14,828 nucleotides of DNA from contig JBHLLP010000024.1 of assembly GCA_048885525.1 (NCBI GenBank), forward strand, positions 39,818-54,645. Direction: 5' to 3'. Source of the stretch: Candidatus Hermodarchaeota archaeon (GTDB taxonomy: Archaea; Asgardarchaeota; Lokiarchaeia; Sigyniarchaeales; SOKP01). The notes under the pieces were generated by a model. The model made no database searches. It saw nothing but the letters and a program-made list of their open reading frames with translations, and had not been told where the DNA came from. The position numbers and the translations under genes were made by a program. The stretch's first letter is position 1. Every line of letters begins with the position of its first letter. Below are positions 1 through 6,977 of this stretch, piece by piece.

Positions 1-230
1 AAGAATTACCTGAAGAAGAAATCCATGAGGAGGAAGTAACTGAAGAGAAAGTTTATGAAGAAGAATTACCTGAAGAAGAAATCCATGAGGAGGAAGTAAC
101 CGAAGAGAAAGTTTATGAAGAAGAATTACCTGAAGAAAAAATTTATGAGGAGGAAGTAACTGAAGAGAAAGTTTATGAGGAGGAAGTAACTGAAGAGAAG
201 GTTTATGAAGAAGAATTACCTGAAGAGGAA
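1..230 (+). repeat. Coding tandem repeat with 15/30/60-bp hierarchy (30-bp units A=EEELPEEEIH, B=EEEVTEEKVY; order A-B-A-B-A'-B-B-partial A)
   Basis: Nt 1-60 and 61-120 differ at one base (t/c at position 41 of the unit). Later units are near-identical at DNA level. The array probably continues left of the window. Confidence 0.95.
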
Positions 231-275
231 AAGAAAGAAAATAAACTAGAAAATGAGAGAGGTGAGGAAGAATAA
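3..275 (+). CDS. 3' end of a gene truncated by the window edge; extremely Glu-rich repetitive C-terminal tail
   Basis: Frame from nt 3 is open: ELPEEEIHEEEVTEEKVYEEELPEEEIH...EEEKKENKLENERGEEE*. The stop TAA at 273-275 overlaps the ATG of the next gene (TAATG). Not in the ORF track because its start lies outside the window. Confidence 0.85.
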   Translation, partial: ELPEEEIHEEEVTEEKVYEEELPEEEIHEEEVTEEKVYEEELPEEKIYEEEVTEEKVYEEEVTEEKVYEEELPEEEKKENKLENERGEEE

Positions 276-1387
276 TGCCAATTGGATTAGTTATTATGAG
301 ATGGGATATTAAAGTAAGTACAGAAATCCTTGCTAAATACCCCGAAGAGCTTATTATTAGTGAGGAAACTTTAATGCAAATCTACGCAGCACATGAATAT
401 ACTGGAGAACCTGGAATGATAAGTTTATTAGTTGGTCCATTGAACATCGCATCATATTATACAGGACGAGACAGACCACTTTATATCATTTTACTCCTAA
501 ACTTGGATGAAGATGCTGATATGTTTGAAGGTGGCCTTTCAGATATTTCTCGTGTTATCTTCCAAAACTTTGAAGATAATGCTTACTTAGATATGATACC
601 ATCTTTATTCCAACGTTTATCAACATACCCTCATTTGAATGAAGAACAAAGTTTAGCTATAACTTATGTGGATAATTTAAACCAGTTAATTATAAATAGA
701 CTTAGAGAAGAGGGAGTTATTACTAAATCTGAGTTAAAAATATGGCTAAAAGATCAATATAGAGAAGGATTTTTTGATATAGATGCAATTTTGATGGAAT
801 TAATTAAAAAGGAAATTGTAAAAGAAACATCAGTTAAAGGGATGCCTTCTGAATTAATATTTCTTATAAATGATCTTTTTATGATTAGAAGACCCCCCAT
901 TAAACTACTTAAAAATCCTTTAGAACGTGGACTTCCTGAGACATTTGTAGAAGAATATAATGTTGCGGTTAAGAAATTTTTTCAAACTTATCGCCCAACG
1001 GATGAGGATAATCTCAAAATTATAAATGAAATTATCGTTGATCCTCAAGTTTATGAAATATTAAAACTTTTGAGAATTTCAATAGTTACTAAAAATGTTC
1101 TAGAAAAACTCAGGAAAAAAGGCGTTGATGATATAGATGGAGGATTAAGAAAACTTTGGGATAATAAAATGATTCATGTATTTCAAGATACTAAAGGAAC
1201 TGAGTATTATGCATTATTAACTGACTTTCATAATTCGTTAATATATCCTAAATATATACTGAATACTATAATTTATCAATATGGTGTAAAATCAAAATCG
1301 AATAGTGTTTTAATAGAATATCTTAAAGTTCTTGACGATAATTATCGACATGTCAAACTTAAAACTGATATTGAGGAATTAGAATAA
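275..1387 (+). CDS. Longin/uDENN-like + winged-helix protein (NPRL2-like architecture), paralog A
   Basis: N-terminus GLVIMRWDIKVSTEILAKYP resembles the longin/uDENN beta1-beta2 pattern ending in YP. The C-terminal half has two winged-helix-like segments (INRLREEGVITKSEL...LMELIKKEIVK; YEILKLLR...LRKLWDNKMIHVFQD). A purine-rich SD-like GAGGTGAGG lies upstream. The CDS is secure; the fold call is inference. Confidence 0.6.
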   Translation: MPIGLVIMRWDIKVSTEILAKYPEELIISEETLMQIYAAHEYTGEPGMISLLVGPLNIASYYTGRDRPLYIILLLNLDEDADMFEGGLSDISRVIFQNFEDNAYLDMIPSLFQRLSTYPHLNEEQSLAITYVDNLNQLIINRLREEGVITKSELKIWLKDQYREGFFDIDAILMELIKKEIVKETSVKGMPSELIFLINDLFMIRRPPIKLLKNPLERGLPETFVEEYNVAVKKFFQTYRPTDEDNLKIINEIIVDPQVYEILKLLRISIVTKNVLEKLRKKGVDDIDGGLRKLWDNKMIHVFQDTKGTEYYALLTDFHNSLIYPKYILNTIIYQYGVKSKSNSVLIEYLKVLDDNYRHVKLKTDIEELE

Positions 1388-1394
1388 AACTCAA

Positions 1395-1404
1395 TTTTTT
1401 TTTT
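1395..1404 (+). terminator. Oligo-T archaeal-type terminator candidate
   Basis: T10 run 7 nt after the stop of 275..1387, in the gap between convergent genes. Confidence 0.55.
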
Positions 1405-1432
1405 AATTTAAATTAGCAATGGTTATAATATT

Positions 1433-2461
1433 TTATTGATGAGTTAAATAACTCTTTAATTTCTTAGCTTTTTCATAAAATTCCTTGTAAAGAGAATCAT
1501 CTCCTAGATCAAGGCATAAATCTGAAATTTTTTCAAAATATTCAGCTGTTTGGGCAATATCTCCGTTTTCTAAACTAATTTTCGCCTGGATAATTAATTG
1601 ATCTCTTTCAAAAAGAGGTTTTAATAAAGGAGAAGCATCAGTACTTATTCCTAATATATCTGCAATTATTTGTATCATCTTATCCCGATTATTAGGATCA
1701 ATTGCAACCATTGAATAAGTTTTCAATCCTAATATTTCCTCTATCTTTTTAACATTTAACGCATTTGGCAAATCTTGTTTGTTTCCAATTATGGCTGTAT
1801 GAGCAAACGGTGCATGCTCCTTTATTAATTCAATAAAAAACTTACTTTTTTCCACATTTTCTAATGTAGAGTCTGTAATGATGAGAACCGCATCACTTCC
1901 GATAATAAAATCATTCCATAGATAGCTGAATTGTTCTTGTCCAGCAAAATCCCATAGATGAAAATATAATTTCCCAATTTTAACGGTAGATATTTTTCCT
2001 GTTATAGTAGGAATATGAACTGATGGAATCTCGGTAGCACAAATTAATTTTGTGGTAGTAGTTTTACCGACTCCAGAAAATCCCACAAGAGAAATCTTTG
2101 TTTTCAGATTTCTATGAATGGAATCTATTAAAGGATCAAGTAACTCCATTAGAGATGGATCGATACTATCGATATTATCACCAAAGGTTTCTATAAATTC
2201 TTTTTTCATTAGTTTCAATTGAGCTTTGGTATGGGAAAGATCATCATTTATATCGATAACAAATACAAATGTTATTCCTGTTTCGTCATCACTTGTAAAA
2301 ACAATTCTATATTTAATATAGTCATAGCTTTCAAGTTCAATTCCAATACCTTCGGTGATTTCCCTATAAAATTGATTGAAAGCTTCCAAAGATAATGCTT
2401 TACCAAAATTTTTATTATATAGGACCTTTTCATCCTTTACAATATACACTTGTCTTAACAT
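1433..2461 (-). CDS. Ras-superfamily (Arf/Rag-related) small GTPase with N-terminal longin-like domain and C-terminal helical (TPR-like) hairpin
   Basis: G1 GFSGVGKT (aa 127-134), G2 IPT, G3 WDFAGQ, G4 NKQD, atypical G5 MVA. The N-terminal ~118 aa fit a longin beta-beta-alpha-beta-beta-beta-alpha-alpha pattern (VYIV..VLYNKNF...YRIVFTSDDETGITFVFVID...LKLMKKEFIETF). Confidence 0.85.
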   Translation of the reverse strand: MLRQVYIVKDEKVLYNKNFGKALSLEAFNQFYREITEGIGIELESYDYIKYRIVFTSDDETGITFVFVIDINDDLSHTKAQLKLMKKEFIETFGDNIDSIDPSLMELLDPLIDSIHRNLKTKISLVGFSGVGKTTTTKLICATEIPSVHIPTITGKISTVKIGKLYFHLWDFAGQEQFSYLWNDFIIGSDAVLIITDSTLENVEKSKFFIELIKEHAPFAHTAIIGNKQDLPNALNVKKIEEILGLKTYSMVAIDPNNRDKMIQIIADILGISTDASPLLKPLFERDQLIIQAKISLENGDIAQTAEYFEKISDLCLDLGDDSLYKEFYEKAKKLKSYLTHQ

Positions 2462-2618
2462 AATATCTATTCTAAATCTTATACAAGTTAATCAATAAAG
2501 GAGTATTTTATTATTTTTCTATGAATCTTCAATCTAAATTAGAATATTTAAATTTTTAGAATTTTAAAATTATGAGAGATATTGGAAAGAACTACTTTTT
2601 TGGTTTAAATTTGAAAGT

Positions 2619-2764
2619 AATGAATTAGATTTATGCTCAGTAATGTAATGTGTATTTTTTTAAACATCTTAAATAAGTATTGAGCATGAATCGAATTTAT
2701 TCATCTTCTCTTATCTTGAGAATAGCTTATTAATAAATAAGATCAAAATTCAAGATAGAAAGAA
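2619..2764 (+). other. Two adjacent predicted stem-loops in a long divergent intergenic region (possible ncRNA, leader or MITE remnant)
   Basis: 2619-2642 pairs with 2678-2701 (20 WC, 3 G-U, 1 mismatch). 2711-2720 pairs with 2749-2758, with an inner CTTATT/AATAAG stem. Confidence 0.4.
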
Positions 2765-2938
2765 ATACTTTATTTTTCAAAGGTTTGGAATATACTTTAA
2801 CGTTTAAATTAATTTTTAATTAATAACACTGTAAAAACTATTCTGATGAAAAGTTAAATATTAATGTCGACATTAATAAAGATAAGTATTCTTTTTTTTG
2901 AAAATTATTGACATTATAGAAAAAAAGGTATAGGAAAC

Positions 2939-3382
2939 ATGAAGAGAAAAACAATTCAAAGTCTTAATTTTACTATCATTCTCATTTTAATTCTAATTAT
3001 ATCAATATTTTTAACACTATATTTGATTAATCCTATTTATGAGGGACTGTGGTTATCATCAGAATTCTTTAGAATTTTCTTTTGGGTTATTATAGGTATA
3101 ATAATTGCAGTTATCTCTAGCCTTATAATATACTATTTAAACCAACGACAAAAAACTCCTACTTTTATTAGGAGAGTAAAAAAAATAAAAAAAGCAATAA
3201 AAAGAAAAAATCCGCTTTCTGAATCTATATTATATCCAATGAGGATGGAATATATAGTAAAGAAATTAGGAGATAAATGGAAGATACTTGGATTATCCTT
3301 GGAGTCAATATTAGGAATAGAGAATATAAAAGGGAAAAAAACTTCTAAAGAAAAAGAAAAATATCAGAAAGGTGGTATTTAA
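2939..3382 (+). CDS. Small membrane protein with two hydrophobic segments and a basic cytoplasmic tail
   Basis: Hydrophobic stretches FTIILILILIISIFLTLYLI and IFFWVIIGIIIAVISSLIIYYL are followed by Lys/Arg-rich PTFIRRVKKIKKAIKRK. The stop overlaps the next ATG (TAATG 3380-3384). Confidence 0.8.
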   Translation: MKRKTIQSLNFTIILILILIISIFLTLYLINPIYEGLWLSSEFFRIFFWVIIGIIIAVISSLIIYYLNQRQKTPTFIRRVKKIKKAIKRKNPLSESILYPMRMEYIVKKLGDKWKILGLSLESILGIENIKGKKTSKEKEKYQKGGI

Positions 3383-4497
3383 TGCCAGTTGGATTAGTAG
3401 TAATGAGATGGAATGAAAGAGTTGGAACAGAGATGTTAGCAAAATACCCCGAAGAAATAAATGTCACCGATAAAACTCTCATGCAAGTTTATAGTACTCA
3501 TGAATATAGTGAAGAATCAGGCATGATCAGTATGATGGTTGGTTCTTTAAACATTGTGTCTTACTTCAGTGGCCCTGACAAAGGTTTATACATTCTTCTA
3601 CTTTTAAGTTCTGATGATGATCCAGAATCGTATGAAGAAGGATTAATAGATATCTCTCGAATTATTTTACAAAATTTAGTGGATAATTCCTATATATCAA
3701 TGATTCCTTCGTTATTTAGGAGGTTATCGGTTTATCCCACATTAAACAGTGAACAAAATCTTGCTATTACATATCAAGATGAGATTAAACGGATGATCCT
3801 TAATCGTTTGAGAGATGAAGGAGTAGTTTCAAAGTCAGAATTAATCATATGGTTAAAAGATCGATACAAACAGGATTTTGTAGATTTAGAAGAGGTTTTA
3901 AATGAACTCATTAAACTTGAAATTGTAAAGGAAACGACAGTACAAGATATGTCCTCAGAGTTTATATTTTTAATAAAAGATGTTGTGGCTTTAAGAATAC
4001 CTCCTGTTAAAATAGTAGATGATCCTATTAGATGTGGTTTACCTTCACAACTTGTAGAAAAATATATAATAGAAGTTAAGAATTTTTTTCAAACCTATCA
4101 CCCATCGGATGGAGACACTCTTAGAATCATAGATATTCTTATTAATCCACAAGTCTATGAAATATTACGATTATTGAGAAAGTCTATAGTAACTAAGAAT
4201 AATCTTCAAAAACTTAGAATTAAAGGGGTTGACGACCTTGATGAGGTATTAAAGATGCTGTGGGAAACAAAAATGATTCAAGTTTTTCAAGATTATAAAA
4301 ATAATGAATATATTGCTCTAATCTCGGATTTTTATCTGGATTTAATGTTTCCAAAATATTTATTAAACATTATTAAGAATATCTATGATCAAAAGTCAAA
4401 ATCAAACCGAGTTTTAGTTGAATATTTGACTATATTAGAAAATTCTTATACTGATATTAAAGCTGCTACCAGAGCTGAAGCAAAAAGCAAAATGTAA
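3382..4497 (+). CDS. Longin/uDENN-like + winged-helix protein, paralog B of 275..1387
   Basis: Colinear with 275..1387 over its full length; 48/80 identities in the first 80 aa by manual count. Shared motifs include LAKYPEE, TLMQxY, RLRxEGV, FFQTY and PQVYEIL. An SD-like AGGTGG lies upstream. Confidence 0.6.
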   Translation: MPVGLVVMRWNERVGTEMLAKYPEEINVTDKTLMQVYSTHEYSEESGMISMMVGSLNIVSYFSGPDKGLYILLLLSSDDDPESYEEGLIDISRIILQNLVDNSYISMIPSLFRRLSVYPTLNSEQNLAITYQDEIKRMILNRLRDEGVVSKSELIIWLKDRYKQDFVDLEEVLNELIKLEIVKETTVQDMSSEFIFLIKDVVALRIPPVKIVDDPIRCGLPSQLVEKYIIEVKNFFQTYHPSDGDTLRIIDILINPQVYEILRLLRKSIVTKNNLQKLRIKGVDDLDEVLKMLWETKMIQVFQDYKNNEYIALISDFYLDLMFPKYLLNIIKNIYDQKSKSNRVLVEYLTILENSYTDIKAATRAEAKSKM

Positions 4498-4507
4498 ATT
4501 AACTTCA

Positions 4508-4523
4508 TTTTTTTTCCTTTTTT
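4508..4523 (+). terminator. Oligo-T terminator candidate
   Basis: T8-CC-T6 10 nt after the stop at 4497, suggesting the RLP gene is transcribed separately. Confidence 0.5.
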
Positions 4524-4593
4524 ACCTATTCAATATCATAAGATTTTTGAATTTGCTAGGATTATTTTCACTCAGAATAATCAATTATTTATT

Positions 4594-5964
4594 GTGATAA
4601 ATTTGGATGAAAAAATTCCTAAAGAATTTGATGAATTTGATATAGAAAATCTGGCAAAACCAAATGCACTTCCAGAAGATATAGATTTCGAAACCCATAT
4701 AATTGCTACTTATACGGTAATGCTTCATCGGAAAATGGATGCATTTTATATGATGCAAGCAGTATGTGTTGAACAATCAACTGGTACTTTTGTACCCATT
4801 CCAGCAGAAACTCCAGAGCAACGAAGAAAACATGTAGCTAAAGTTATTGGTTGGTGGAGGATACCTGATTTTGAATATGAAGGTGCAGAAGATTTTTTTG
4901 GCAATCCTAAGATGCATCAATATGTTGTACAAATAGCATTTCCATTAAATTTTAAACCACAATTTCCAATGCTTTTTACAACGATTTATGGAAATATTTC
5001 GATGGCTGGACCACTTAAAATGGTAGATGTAAGATTTCCAAGTGCATTTTTAAAAGAGTTTAAGGGTCCTAAATTTGGAGATGTTGGAGTAAGAAAAATA
5101 TTAGGTGTAAAAGAAAGGCCACTTCTAAATAATATGATTAAACCTTGCGTTTATTCTGATCCAAAAATCGGAGCTGATTTAGCATATCAGGCCTCTTTGG
5201 GTGGTTGTGATGTGATCAAGGATGACGAATTGATAGCTGATATTGAATTTAATCCAATTACTGAGAGAGTTACCGCCTTTATGGAAGCTTTAGATAAAGC
5301 TGATTCGGAAAAGGGTGAAAAAACACTTTATACCGTAAATATAACTGATAGAGTGGATAGGATGTTTGAATTAGCAGATATTGTACAAGAACATGGGGCA
5401 AATGCGTTAATGGTTAATCATGTTTCAGTAGGTTATTCTGCTATGAGGAAATTAGCTGAGGATCCTTCTGTTAAAGTTCCAATATTAGGACATATGGACT
5501 TTGCAGGTTCAATATTTCAAGATCCGCTAAGTGGAATTTCAAGTCCCTTGGTACTTGGTAAATTTGGAAGACTCGCGGGTTGTGACTTTATAGTTCATCC
5601 GGCACCTTATGGTAAAGCTCCTACCTTGGCGGATAGGTTTAAAGAAACTGCACGTTATATGGTAATGCCTATGAGAAATGCTCCACATATTAAAAGAACG
5701 ATGCCTATGCCAAGTGGAGGGATAACTCCAAGTCTAGTAGAGAAATGTGTAGGAGATTTGGGCACAAATATCATGATTGGTAGTGGTGGAGGCATCCATG
5801 CCCACCCTGATGGACCTATTGCTGGAGCCAAAGCATTTAGACAAGCAATTGATGCTGTCATGGAAGGTATACCTGTAAGAGAATACGGTAAAGATCATAA
5901 AGAATTAGGTGTAGCATTGGGTTTATTTGGTGTTGGGAAAAAGACAGAATTTACTTCAGTCTAA
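4594..5964 (+). CDS. RuBisCO-like protein (form IV RLP)
   Basis: Motifs EQSTGT, GPKFG, IKP, GCDVIKDDE (carbamylation/Mg motif), loop-6 PYGK, PSGG and GGGIHAHPDG. KPC replaces KPK and HMD replaces HRA, typical of non-carboxylating RLPs. GTG start. Confidence 0.9.
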   Translation: MINLDEKIPKEFDEFDIENLAKPNALPEDIDFETHIIATYTVMLHRKMDAFYMMQAVCVEQSTGTFVPIPAETPEQRRKHVAKVIGWWRIPDFEYEGAEDFFGNPKMHQYVVQIAFPLNFKPQFPMLFTTIYGNISMAGPLKMVDVRFPSAFLKEFKGPKFGDVGVRKILGVKERPLLNNMIKPCVYSDPKIGADLAYQASLGGCDVIKDDELIADIEFNPITERVTAFMEALDKADSEKGEKTLYTVNITDRVDRMFELADIVQEHGANALMVNHVSVGYSAMRKLAEDPSVKVPILGHMDFAGSIFQDPLSGISSPLVLGKFGRLAGCDFIVHPAPYGKAPTLADRFKETARYMVMPMRNAPHIKRTMPMPSGGITPSLVEKCVGDLGTNIMIGSGGGIHAHPDGPIAGAKAFRQAIDAVMEGIPVREYGKDHKELGVALGLFGVGKKTEFTSV

Positions 5965-5976
5965 GAGAAAAATTTA

Positions 5977-5995
5977 TTCCTTTCTTTCTTTTTTT
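5977..5995 (+). terminator. Pyrimidine/oligo-T terminator candidate
   Basis: TTCCTTTCTTTCTTTTTTT downstream of the RLP stop, between convergent genes. Confidence 0.5.
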
Positions 5996-5996
5996 A

Positions 5997-6962
5997 TTAG
6001 TTTATACTAATATGCGAATCCGTTAGAAGTACATTAATTTTTGGATCAAATTCATTTAGTTTTATTTTTTTGGCAAGTTCATTACCTCTTAAATCTAAGA
6101 ATTCGAGGTTAGATAACCTTTTAAAATAATTTAGGTTTTCCTTTTCAATTATTTTATTATTCCTTAATATTAAATGTGTTAATTCTTTTAAATTGAGTAA
6201 ATCTTTGGCATCGGTAATTAAATTATTTGAAAGATCAATTTTTTTCAATTTTTTTAAATATTTTAAGCCAATAATCTCTTTGATTGATTGAATGTTATTT
6301 TTCCATCCAAAAGGAGTTCCTTTTACTTCATATTCCATATAATCTGATAAATCTAATTCTCTAATTAATCCATTTTGTGGATCTAATTCGTAATATACAT
6401 TAGGATATTGATTTATAAGATTGAAAATTGTTAAATAGTTAATTAAAATTTCTCCTAACTCTGTATGGGTAAAATTTATTAATTTCTTTGTTTTTATGAA
6501 TTTTTTTATTACTTTTTTGAATTTTTTATTTTCAGTTTTTCTTTCTTTATTGAGAATTTTAATCCTTGTTATTTTCTTAATTTCATTAATTAGAATCAAC
6601 TTAGATTCATTAGAATTAATTTCTTCTAATGATCTAATTGCTATAATTAAACATTCATAATCGGTTTCGTGTTTAATCACCCATTTAAAAGTATTAAAGG
6701 ACTTTTCAAGAAAACTGTTTTTAAGAAATTTAGCTGCTCTATTTCTGATTTCACTATTTGAATCTGAAATTAATAAATTTTCCAATAAATTGAATAAATG
6801 TTCTGGATTTACTTCAATTTTTTCTAAATATTTTATAGCACTTATTCTGATTTCTTCGCTTTCACTATTTTCGATTAAGGAAATTAAAATATCATAAGCT
6901 CTAAATTTATTAATTTTGCTATTTCCTAATTCTTCATATATTCTTTTCGGAGTTAGATCCAT
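5997..6962 (-). CDS. HEAT-repeat + leucine-rich-repeat protein
   Basis: N-terminal HEAT/PBS-like units (EEIRISAIKYLEKI; LLISDSNSEIRNRAAKFL). C-terminal LxxLxLxxNxI repeats (LKKIDLSNNLI, LTHLILRNNKI, LEFLDLRGNEL). Confidence 0.85.
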   Translation of the reverse strand: MDLTPKRIYEELGNSKINKFRAYDILISLIENSESEEIRISAIKYLEKIEVNPEHLFNLLENLLISDSNSEIRNRAAKFLKNSFLEKSFNTFKWVIKHETDYECLIIAIRSLEEINSNESKLILINEIKKITRIKILNKERKTENKKFKKVIKKFIKTKKLINFTHTELGEILINYLTIFNLINQYPNVYYELDPQNGLIRELDLSDYMEYEVKGTPFGWKNNIQSIKEIIGLKYLKKLKKIDLSNNLITDAKDLLNLKELTHLILRNNKIIEKENLNYFKRLSNLEFLDLRGNELAKKIKLNEFDPKINVLLTDSHISIN

Positions 6963-6977
6963 ATGATATCATTAAAT

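Noticed and set aside
1-230. Possible CRISPR array
   Set aside because: Units are directly tandem with no unique spacers, are multiples of 3 and are in frame: a coding repeat
2619-2701. SECIS element (AUGA at the base of a stem)
   Set aside because: No opposing GA to form the quartet, and no in-frame UGA selenoprotein candidate seen in adjacent genes
4585-4776. 63-aa minus-strand ORF
   Set aside because: Antisense shadow of the RLP gene with no motifs
5655-5861. 68-aa minus-strand ORF
   Set aside because: Antisense shadow inside the RLP gene
4594-5964. True CO2-fixing RuBisCO (form III)
   Set aside because: Lacks the K177 and R295 equivalents and has RLP-type signatures (KPC, HMD, GGGIHAHPDG)
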